DNA of 64,000 nt from the NCBI GenBank assembly GCA_028694995.1, contig JAQVJU010000001.1, forward strand, positions 80,492-144,491, written 5' to 3'. How positions within the stretch are numbered: position 1 is the stretch's first letter; every line of letters starts with the position of its first letter. Below, piece after piece: positions 57,298 through 64,000 of this stretch. The notes beneath the pieces are model-generated. The model made no database searches. It had not been told where the DNA came from and saw only the letters and a list, made by a program, of their open reading frames with translations. The translations under genes and the position numbers were made by a program. Source of the stretch: Minisyncoccota bacterium. Its GTDB lineage: Bacteria > Patescibacteriota > Minisyncoccia > UBA6257.

Positions 57298-57625
57298 ACT
57301 CATAAAATCGCTCTTAAAGGCGATTTTATGATTCAAATGAAGTTTATATAAAAAATAATGTTTAGGTTAAATAAAAGCTTTTAAAAATAACTTATCCACT
57401 ATTGACAATGCTCTTGCTTGCTATAAAATTTATATCAGAGGATTAATGGGTTGGTCTTCCATTTCCTTAGTAACTATAAAAAGAGTTTGAATTGTTTTTA
57501 ACAGTTTAAAATCTTTAAAAAATATGGCCAAAAAAAAGAAAGGCGGCAAAAAAAAGAAATAGTCGCTTAATGGAAATTGTTTAATCTGGCGTCAGTATTT
57601 ATTACTGGCGCTTTTTATTTATCAA

Positions 57626-57654
57626 TTGACTAATTTAGATTATAGTGTTATTAT
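57626..57654 (+). promoter_or_regulatory. Sigma70-like promoter copy B (TTGACT-N17-TATTAT)
   Basis: It is a paralog of the promoter at 56305. Together with the leader, about 80% identity extends over ~100 nt. Confidence 0.5.
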
Positions 57655-57734
57655 ATGAATACCTTTTAGGATAAAAATAATCTTAAAAAGAAAGAACTTT
57701 GACAAAAAAATATGAAAGAAAGGAGGTGATTTAG

Positions 57735-58271
57735 GTGAAAAAAGACAAGGAAAAAGAATTGCTTGATAAGACAGAAGTGTATGAAAGGAATATAAAAAAG
57801 ATTAAAAGCCATAGTTCTCTAGAAAGTGCTTACATAATTTTCCCTTATAATCAAAAAGAGCTTTTAGTGCCAGATAAGGATTTTTGGCTTGATATTACAA
57901 ACAAGATGAGCTTAAGGGATTTAATTATTTGCTCTCCAAATGCTTTGATAAATAGTCAACCAGAGATTGTCGAAAATCAATGTTTGATTACTGCAAATGA
58001 ATTTACTTTTAAATATTGGGAAGAAGTAAAGACTTACTTAATGATTGCAGGAATTACTAACTTGATAATTATTAGTTCTGATATACATCTTCCCAGGATT
58101 TTACGAGATTTTTCCTTTGTGTTTAAGAATAAAAGAGAAAATTTGCATGTGGGAATTAAAACAATCAGGATTGCAAATTCTTTTTGGAAAATGGTTTATA
58201 AGATTAGAGAGAGAATTGTTGCCTTACTTCCATTAAATTTTTATAAATATTTAGGAGAAGAAAGGATGTAG
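57735..58271 (+). CDS. DUF218 (YdcF/SanA/ElyC)-like domain protein
   Basis: ISSDIHLPRI resembles the DUF218 S..HM.RA motif. It has a GTG start with RBS AAGGAGGTGA. Confidence 0.35.
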   Translation: MKKDKEKELLDKTEVYERNIKKIKSHSSLESAYIIFPYNQKELLVPDKDFWLDITNKMSLRDLIICSPNALINSQPEIVENQCLITANEFTFKYWEEVKTYLMIAGITNLIIISSDIHLPRILRDFSFVFKNKRENLHVGIKTIRIANSFWKMVYKIRERIVALLPLNFYKYLGEERM

Positions 58272-58273
58272 AG

Positions 58274-58672
58274 ATGTTAAAGAATCATTTGGAAAGAAAT
58301 ATATTGAGAAATCGGCCGTATTTTGGAGGGCTAGAAAGTGATCAGGTTAGAAATATTCCTGATCTAAATCACTGCGACGAGGGAGAATGTATTCTAACTT
58401 TTAATATCCATTCAGGGGTAGGTGGATTATTTAAAGTTATTAGTTGTCCGTTTAAGGGTCAAGATGGTTATTGGCGTATTTTCTTAGAGGAACAAGGTCC
58501 TTATTGCAGAGTGCATGACATTCAAGTTAGATTAGATGAATATAGTGTAGTTTGTTATCCCAACCTTGAGTGGGAAAAAGAGTGGTGTTTTTTAAAAACA
58601 AGCATTACTGCTTTCAAAGAATTAAAGAAATTAAGAATACACAGGGAAGATTATCTTCCAGTGTATTATTAA
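58274..58672 (+). CDS. Cys-rich hypothetical protein (132 aa)
   Basis: It has HCDEGEC, ISCPF, PYCRVHD and VVCYP. It is translationally coupled to the upstream gene. Confidence 0.35.
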   Translation: MLKNHLERNILRNRPYFGGLESDQVRNIPDLNHCDEGECILTFNIHSGVGGLFKVISCPFKGQDGYWRIFLEEQGPYCRVHDIQVRLDEYSVVCYPNLEWEKEWCFLKTSITAFKELKKLRIHREDYLPVYY

Positions 58673-58685
58673 TTTACTAAAAATA

Positions 58686-58716
58686 AAGCCCTTGCTGTTA
58701 TTCAGGAGGGCTTTTA
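58686..58716 (+). terminator. Intrinsic terminator
   Basis: AAGCCC-loop-GGGCTT is followed by TTTT. Confidence 0.55.
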
Positions 58717-58753
58717 AATTTTAAAATGTTTTTATGTTATACTGATTGTATAT

Positions 58754-59437
58754 ATGTCTTCTCAGCAAGAATTGATTCAAGAAACAATTGATCTTGGTTA
58801 TTTAAAATCTCCTCAGATTATAGAGGCTTTTTTAGCTATAGACCGAAAAGATTTTGTTATTCCTGAAAACCAAAATGAAGCTTATTTAAACACTCCTTTA
58901 TCAATAGGTTTTAGTCAAACAATTTCTCAGCCTTTAACAGTTGCTTTTATGTTGGAATTGTTACAACCCAAGATTGGGGATGTGGTTTTGGATATTGGTT
59001 CTGGCTCTGGGTGGACTAGTGCCTTGCTTTCATATTTAGTAAGTGATGGCGGAAAGAATAAACAAGGAAAGGTAATTGCTATTGAAAGAATTTTAGAATT
59101 AAAAGAATTTGGTGAGAAAAATACAGCAAAATACAATTTTGTGGAGAAAAATATTATAAAATTTTTTTGTGCTGATGGTTCTAGGGATATATTAAAAATC
59201 AGTCAACAGCTTGATTTAAAAGAAGGATTTGATAAAATTCTTTGCTCAGCAACATTAGAACAAATGCCTCAAGAATGGATAGATTTATTAAAGACAGGAG
59301 GAAAAATTGTTGCTCCTTTTCCTGGAGAAATTCAGCTCTGGGTTAAACAAGATAAAAATACTTTTAAAAAAGAATTTTTTAAGGGATTTAGTTTTGTGCC
59401 TTTGATTTCTGATGATAAAGAATCCAGTTGTTTTTAA
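58754..59437 (+). CDS. pcm: Protein-L-isoaspartate O-methyltransferase
   Basis: It has the SAM motif VLDIGSGSGWTSALL and a C-terminal FVPL. Confidence 0.85.
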   Translation: MSSQQELIQETIDLGYLKSPQIIEAFLAIDRKDFVIPENQNEAYLNTPLSIGFSQTISQPLTVAFMLELLQPKIGDVVLDIGSGSGWTSALLSYLVSDGGKNKQGKVIAIERILELKEFGEKNTAKYNFVEKNIIKFFCADGSRDILKISQQLDLKEGFDKILCSATLEQMPQEWIDLLKTGGKIVAPFPGEIQLWVKQDKNTFKKEFFKGFSFVPLISDDKESSCF

Positions 59438-59459
59438 ATGTTAAATTTGCTAAAATTTT

Positions 59460-60215
59460 ATGGTGTTGAATATTAATAAAGATAAATACAGTATTCCTTT
59501 TGATTCTCGCAATATTACTTTATCAGTTTATGCAGGTGCTGGTGGTCGTGATGCTGAAGATTGGGCATTGATGTTACTGCGGATGTATCAAAGATATGCG
59601 GAAAAGAAAGGATGGAAATTCATTTTATTAGATAAGAAAGAAAATGAATTTGGCGGCATTAAACATGCAATAGTAGAGATCATAGGAAAGAATATTTATC
59701 AGATTTTTAAAAATGAAAATGGAGTGCATCGTTTAGTAAGAATTTCTCCTTTTTCTGCAGCAAAATTACGTCATACATCATTTGCCTTAATTGAAGTTTT
59801 ACCAATGATAGAAGCTAAGGAATTACCTTTGGATGAAAATGATTTAGAAATTGAGACTTTTCGTTCTTCAGGTCCAGGTGGGCAAAATGTTAATAAGGTG
59901 GAAACGGCTGTTAGGATTACTCATAAACCAACAGGAATAGTTGCTAGTTGTCAGGCAGAAAGATTGCAATCAAGGAATAAAGAAAAGGCAATGGCAATTT
60001 TAAGAACTAAATTGCATCAATTAGCTGAACAAGAAAAAGTAAAAACTTTAGCTGAATTAAAAGGCAAAAAAATCAAAATTGAATGGGGGAGTCAGATTCG
60101 TTCTTATGTTCTTCATCCATATAAAATTATCAGAGATGAAAAAACTGGTAAAAAATGGTCTAATATAGTAGAAGATGTATTAGCAGGTAATTTAGATTTA
60201 ATCTATAATATTTAA
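59460..60215 (+). CDS. prfB: Peptide chain release factor 2, N-terminally truncated (domains 2-4 only)
   Basis: It has the SPF tripeptide (VRISPFSAAKLRHTSF) and GGQ ([19 protein letters not shown]). At 251 aa it aligns to RF2 residues ~110 to the end. There is no room upstream for domain 1 or a frameshift site. Confidence 0.8.
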   Translation: MVLNINKDKYSIPFDSRNITLSVYAGAGGRDAEDWALMLLRMYQRYAEKKGWKFILLDKKENEFGGIKHAIVEIIGKNIYQIFKNENGVHRLVRISPFSAAKLRHTSFALIEVLPMIEAKELPLDENDLEIETFRSSGPGGQNVNKVETAVRITHKPTGIVASCQAERLQSRNKEKAMAILRTKLHQLAEQEKVKTLAELKGKKIKIEWGSQIRSYVLHPYKIIRDEKTGKKWSNIVEDVLAGNLDLIYNI

Positions 60216-60218
60216 TTT

Positions 60219-60902
60219 ATGTCCTTGGTTTATTTCAAAAATGTTTCTAAAGCTTATAACGGATCTTTAATTTTAGACAATGTTAGTTTTAAGATAGAGC
60301 CAGGTGAGTTTGTGTCTTTGGTTGGCAGGTCAGGAGTAGGGAAAACAACTCTTTTAAAAATGTTAATTAAAGAAGAGGCGCCTACTAAAGGGAGAATCTT
60401 TTTTAATGAAAAGGATATTAATAAAATTAAGCCAACTGAGGTAACATTATTGCGTCGTAAGATAGGAATGGTTTTTCAGGATTTTAAGCTTCTAACTCAA
60501 AAAACAGCATATGAAAATGTGGCTTTTGCTATGGAAGTGGCTGGTTATCCTGAAAATATGATTAAAAAAGATGCGCCTGAATTATTAAAATTAGTAAATC
60601 TAGAAAGCAGAGCTAATAATTTTCCTTTTCAGCTTTCTGCTGGAGAAAAACAAAGAGTGGTTATTGCTCGGGTTCTTGCTCAAAGACCAGAATTGATTTT
60701 GGCTGATGAGCCAACTGGAGATTTAGACCCAATTAATACCTGGGAGATAATAAAGCTTATCACTAAGATAAATGAATTAGGCACAGCAATCATTTTAGCT
60801 ACACACAATAAAGAAGTCATCAATACTTTAAATAAAAGAGTGATTAGCATAGATAGTGGTAAAATCATTCGGGATGAAGAAGAAGGGAGATATCTAATTT
60901 AA
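60219..60902 (+). CDS. ftsE: Cell division ATP-binding protein FtsE
   Basis: It has Walker A GRSGVGKTTL, the signature LSAGEKQRV and Walker B LILADEPTGDLD. Confidence 0.85.
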   Translation: MSLVYFKNVSKAYNGSLILDNVSFKIEPGEFVSLVGRSGVGKTTLLKMLIKEEAPTKGRIFFNEKDINKIKPTEVTLLRRKIGMVFQDFKLLTQKTAYENVAFAMEVAGYPENMIKKDAPELLKLVNLESRANNFPFQLSAGEKQRVVIARVLAQRPELILADEPTGDLDPINTWEIIKLITKINELGTAIILATHNKEVINTLNKRVISIDSGKIIRDEEEGRYLI

Positions 60903-60915
60903 TAATTTTTTAATT

Positions 60916-61824
60916 ATGTTTGTAATCTTAAAAAGAATTTTTCGCACTGCCTGGCAAGGTTTAATTAGAAACAATTGGCTTTCTATTGCTTGTATTTCAA
61001 TGTTGACAATAAGCTTGATGATCTTAGGATCAATTTTAATCTTTAATAATGTTAGCCATAATTTAATTGATGTTTTAGAAGAGAAAATGGATGTGAGTAT
61101 TTATTTTAATCGAGAAGTGCCTGAAGAAGATATTTTAAAAATTAGAAATGAACTTATTGGTAATGATAAGATTGCTAAAATTGAATATGTTTCTCAAGAG
61201 GAAGCTTTAAAAAGATTTGAAGAAAAAAGCAGTCAGAATCAAACCATTATGAAAGCTTTAGAAGAATTGGGAGAAAATCCTTTAGTGGCTTTTTTAAGTA
61301 TTAAAGCTAAAGATACATCTTATTATTCAGAAATTATTGAAGAAGTTAATAATTCTTCTTTTAAAGATAAATTAATGACTGTGGGTTTAGCGGAAAATCA
61401 GAGAGTAATTGAAAGAATTAATGCTTTGTCTAAAGGAATAAAATTTGGTTCTTTCTTTATTATTATCATTGCTACTATTTTGAGTGTTTTAATTAGTTTT
61501 AATACAATTAGAATGGCAATTTATTCTTTAAGAGGAGAGATAGAGATAATGAAATTAGTTGGGGCTTCTAATTGGTTTATCAGAGGGCCATTTCTTTTAG
61601 AAGGAGCAATTTATGGATTAACTGCTAGTGTTTTAGCTATAGTTATTTTCATGCCTTTGGTAATATGGATAAGTCCAAAATTAGAAACTTTTGTTTCAGA
61701 AATTAGCATTAGTTCATATTTTTGGTCACATTTTTGGTTTATTTTTGGTATTCAGACTTTATTTGGTATTGGTTTAGGAATGATTGCAGGTTTTTGGGCA
61801 ATGAATAAATACTTAAAAGCATAA
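60916..61824 (+). CDS. ftsX: Cell division permease FtsX
   Basis: It has four TM helices with a large first periplasmic loop and follows ftsE. Confidence 0.8.
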   Translation: MFVILKRIFRTAWQGLIRNNWLSIACISMLTISLMILGSILIFNNVSHNLIDVLEEKMDVSIYFNREVPEEDILKIRNELIGNDKIAKIEYVSQEEALKRFEEKSSQNQTIMKALEELGENPLVAFLSIKAKDTSYYSEIIEEVNNSSFKDKLMTVGLAENQRVIERINALSKGIKFGSFFIIIIATILSVLISFNTIRMAIYSLRGEIEIMKLVGASNWFIRGPFLLEGAIYGLTASVLAIVIFMPLVIWISPKLETFVSEISISSYFWSHFWFIFGIQTLFGIGLGMIAGFWAMNKYLKA

Positions 61825-61828
61825 AGAT

Positions 61829-61902
61829 TGCGGGGTGGTGTAAAGGTAGCACGTCTCCCTTTGGAGGAGAAGATCGGGGTTCGAGTCCCTGCCCCGCAGC
61901 CA
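61829..61902 (+). tRNA. tRNA-Gln (anticodon UUG), CCA encoded
   Basis: TGCGGGGTGGTGTAAAGGTAGCACGTCTCCCTTTGGAGGAGAAGATCGGGGTTCGAGTCCCTGCCCCGCAGCCA has an anticodon stem TCTCC/GGAGA and a loop CTTTGGA. Confidence 0.7.
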
Positions 61903-61935
61903 ATTAGAGCCAGCTCAAAGATAGGAAAATACCTT
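61897..61935. repeat. 39-bp imperfect direct repeat copy 1 (overlaps last 6 nt of tRNA-Gln); copy 2 at 63005-63043
   Basis: CAGCCAATTAGAGCCAGCTCAAAGATAGGAAAATACCTT matches CAGCCAATTAGGGCTAGCTTAGAGATAGGAAAATACCTT at 35 of 39 positions. Confidence 0.7.
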
Positions 61936-61951
61936 TGAAAGGGTATTTTTT
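61926..61951 (+). terminator. Intrinsic terminator after tRNA-Gln
   Basis: AAATACC-tttgaaa-GGGTATTT is followed by TTTT. Confidence 0.6.
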
Positions 61952-62056
61952 GTTATTCAAGGTAATTTACTATATACTATAAATATATTGGTAAATTACC
62001 ATAAAGTTGAGCTAAAGTTTAGGATGTATATTTAAATTAAGTAATATAATAAATAA

Positions 62057-62704
62057 ATGAGTTATGGAAGACGAAAATGGGAACAGTCTCAGATGGTAAA
62101 TTGGAAAAAGAATGAGGATGAAATATCTTCTTTCTTTGGGCGATTTAATTTAGATGTCAGAGATTTATATAAACACGTTATGAGCATAGATTATGATAAG
62201 ATGCAGGCAGTTTGTTATTTATTAAGTAAAATAGATAAAGCCATAAAAATATGCGATTTCTTGGATGGGTTAGAAAGGGGTAACCATGAAGATGTCGATG
62301 TTATAAAAATTTATATTTTAGTATCTCATGCTGAGATTTCATCACGAAGTTTAGGCAAGGAAAAAACAGGAATAAAGCTTGTTAAGGAATTTTTTAGTCC
62401 CGTAGCATCAAGCTTAAAGCACAGGATAAAACCTAGCCTTATAAGTAAAAAGAATCTCAATTTGAATTTTGCCGATATCTTATACAAACTAAGATGTGAA
62501 TACACACACGAAGGAAATTATACGGGTAGAATCTTTAAAAGAAAAGAAGATGGAAAGTGTTTTCTTTCCATTCGTTTTAAGATCGATGATGAGTATTTTT
62601 ATGGAAAGTGCGATCTTGCGTATAAGGAGTTTATTGAAATTTATATGGAAGCTTTAATCGAAAACATAAAAAAATTCTCCAATTATGGAAAACAAAGCAA
62701 ATAA
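62057..62704 (+). CDS. Hypothetical protein (215 aa) with HEPN-like R-x4-H motif
   Basis: It has LRCEYTHEGNY (R-x4-H) within a predicted helical protein. There is no confident family. Confidence 0.35.
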   Translation: MSYGRRKWEQSQMVNWKKNEDEISSFFGRFNLDVRDLYKHVMSIDYDKMQAVCYLLSKIDKAIKICDFLDGLERGNHEDVDVIKIYILVSHAEISSRSLGKEKTGIKLVKEFFSPVASSLKHRIKPSLISKKNLNLNFADILYKLRCEYTHEGNYTGRIFKRKEDGKCFLSIRFKIDDEYFYGKCDLAYKEFIEIYMEALIENIKKFSNYGKQSK

Positions 62705-62993
62705 TATAAGGAATGAATTTTTAAGAAAATTTACTGATTTAGAAAAACATGGTTTTTACGATTTTGTTGAATTCGGTGGAAAAATTATTGGATTTACCAT
62801 AAAGAAAAAACTAAAAAGGGAAAAAGAGAATGCAAGTATGATAGCTGCGGGTATTTACAACGAAGAATCACCAGAAAGAACCCCTTTATACATCAATATT
62901 ACTTATGGCAAAGAAAAAAATGAAAGAATTGCAGTGCGTCTATGGGAGACATGTCTAAAATTACCTAATTTACCCTCACAAAAGAGGTTTTAG
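62685..62993 (+). CDS. Hypothetical protein (102 aa), overlaps upstream gene by 20 nt
   Basis: ORF only; it is a likely operon partner. Confidence 0.3.
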   Translation: MENKANNIRNEFLRKFTDLEKHGFYDFVEFGGKIIGFTIKKKLKREKENASMIAAGIYNEESPERTPLYINITYGKEKNERIAVRLWETCLKLPNLPSQKRF

Positions 62994-63004
62994 GCCGATT
63001 GGGA

Positions 63005-63043
63005 CAGCCAATTAGGGCTAGCTTAGAGATAGGAAAATACCTT
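63005..63043. repeat. 39-bp direct repeat copy 2 (putative attR-like site)
   Basis: See copy 1 at 61897-61935. Confidence 0.7.
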
Positions 63044-63106
63044 ATTAATTCTTATTTCTTCCGTTCTATAAAAAGTAACTAGGGTATTGGAGAGAGTAAT
63101 TAATTA

Positions 63107-64000
63107 ATGAATGAATTAATTAAATTTATGGAAATTAATAATCAACAATCCATTGGTAGGGTTAGAAAAATAAATCCACGACAGATATGGAAGCATGAAT
63201 CCAAAGATTTTACTCCTTGGCTTGCAGAAAATATTGATTATTTAAATGATATCTTGGATATGGATATTGCGGTTCAAACTGTTGAGGGAAGTGTTGGGCC
63301 ATATTCTGTCGATATTTATGGTGAAGATAGTTCTGGTAACAAAGTTATCATAGAAAATCAATTAGAAAAATCTGATCATGCGCACCTTGGTCAAATATTA
63401 ACATATTTAGTTAATCTTGATGCAAATACTGCAATATGGATAACAACAAACCCATCAGAAGAACATCAACAAGTTGTTGAGTGGCTAAACGAAATTACGC
63501 CCGATGATATGTATTTTTATTTGATTCAAATAGAAGGTATTACAATAGAAGGTCAGGAATCTGTTGCCCCATTATTTACTATAATAGAAGGGCCAACTGA
63601 AGATCGAAAGAAAATTGGAGCAGAAAAGAAAGAGCATGCACAAAGGCATGCTGTTCGCCAGCAGTTTTGGTCACAGGTCATTAATGTTATGAATGAAAAA
63701 AATAATTTATGTCAAAATGTTAGTCCTAGTACGGATTCATGGATTGGTATTGGATTAGGCATATCGGGTGTGAGCTTAAATCTCGTAGTGTCACAAAGTT
63801 ATGCGCGTTCAGAAATATATATAAATAGAGGGGATAAACAAGAAAATAAGAAAGTCTTTGATTACTTTTTCAACTTGAAGGACAAAATTGAAAAAGATGT
63901 CGAAGATGCTCTTATTTGGAGGCGAATGGATAATAATGTTACTTCTCGTATACAATACCAATTAGATGGTGTAAATATTACTAATGAAAACGATTGGCCA
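63107..64000 (+). CDS. DUF4268-family protein with N-terminal PD-(D/E)xK-like nuclease region (3' partial; open to window end)
   Basis: Manual translation begins MNELIKFMEINNQQSIGRVRK.. and has VDIYGEDSSGNKVIIENQLEKSDHAHLGQILTY (D...E.Q-type nuclease motif) and a C-terminal KVFDYFFNLKDKIEKDVEDALIWRRMDNNVTSRIQYQ like the DUF4268 signature. Confidence 0.45.
   Translation, partial: MNELIKFMEINNQQSIGRVRKINPRQIWKHESKDFTPWLAENIDYLNDILDMDIAVQTVEGSVGPYSVDIYGEDSSGNKVIIENQLEKSDHAHLGQILTYLVNLDANTAIWITTNPSEEHQQVVEWLNEITPDDMYFYLIQIEGITIEGQESVAPLFTIIEGPTEDRKKIGAEKKEHAQRHAVRQQFWSQVINVMNEKNNLCQNVSPSTDSWIGIGLGISGVSLNLVVSQSYARSEIYINRGDKQENKKVFDYFFNLKDKIEKDVEDALIWRRMDNNVTSRIQYQLDGVNITNENDWP

Noticed and set aside
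57392-57400. TTATCCACT DnaA-box-like 9-mer far from the origin
   Set aside because: A single 9-mer in AT-rich DNA is expected by chance. There is no cluster or unwinding element.

Overview
The window is AT-rich (about 30% GC), compact and almost entirely coding under the standard genetic code, since several genes end in TGA and a release factor 2 (RF2) gene is present. It contains the chromosomal origin neighbourhood: jag-yidC-rnpA-rpmH on the minus strand facing dnaA-dnaN, then a DUF721 (DciA-like) gene and, further along, gyrB. DnaA boxes and an AT-rich unwinding element sit in the dnaA-dnaN spacer.

Housekeeping content includes:
- tig (5' partial) and clpP
- rsmA
- pheS/pheT, tyrS, ruvC, yebC, recA, ssb, ftsK, ftsE/ftsX, prfA, prfB, pcm
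- gap, rpiB, rpe
- many ribosomal protein genes (S16, L25, S18, S6, L31, S2, L33, L34), several with K/E-rich tails, plus tsf
- a class A penicillin-binding protein
- seven tRNAs: Gly-GCC, Thr-UGU, Tyr-GUA, Thr-GGU, Trp-CCA and Gln-UUG by sequence, plus one more inferred

The gene content is reduced: pheT lacks its tRNA-binding domain, RF2 lacks domain 1, and most genes have no strong Shine-Dalgarno. Together with the extended ribosomal proteins this suggests a small-genome, probably episymbiotic CPR/Patescibacteria-like bacterium. That assignment is an inference.

Accessory and potentially novel content:
1. A type IV secretion-like membrane machine at 9.8-18.4 kb with no relaxase or coupling ATPase. 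It comprises a VirB6-like polytopic protein carrying tandem beta-defensin-like 6-Cys modules, a VirB3-like 2-TM protein, a VirB4 ATPase split into two ORFs, a TrbC/VirB2-like pilin-domain protein, and Cys-rich secreted proteins.
2. A putatively horizontally acquired island between rpsP and tyrS (33.0-37.1 kb). It holds an excisionase-family HTH gene, an N6-adenine DNA methyltransferase (MTase), a putative restriction endonuclease (REase), a GNAT gene, a Firmicutes-type secreted-domain protein and two tandem small Zn-ribbon proteins. All have strong GGAGG ribosome-binding sites (RBS).
3. An accessory patch downstream of the tRNA-Trp/ABC transporter (56.2-58.7 kb). It has two near-identical promoter-plus-leader modules, short direct repeats flanking a one-gene cassette, and small strong-RBS ORFs.
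4. A two-gene module flanked by 39-bp imperfect direct repeats, the first overlapping the tRNA-Gln 3' end (61.9-63.0 kb). One of its proteins carries a HEPN-like R-x4-H motif. A DUF4268 nuclease-family gene follows and runs off the window end.

No CRISPR array, rRNA or integrase/transposase was recognised.
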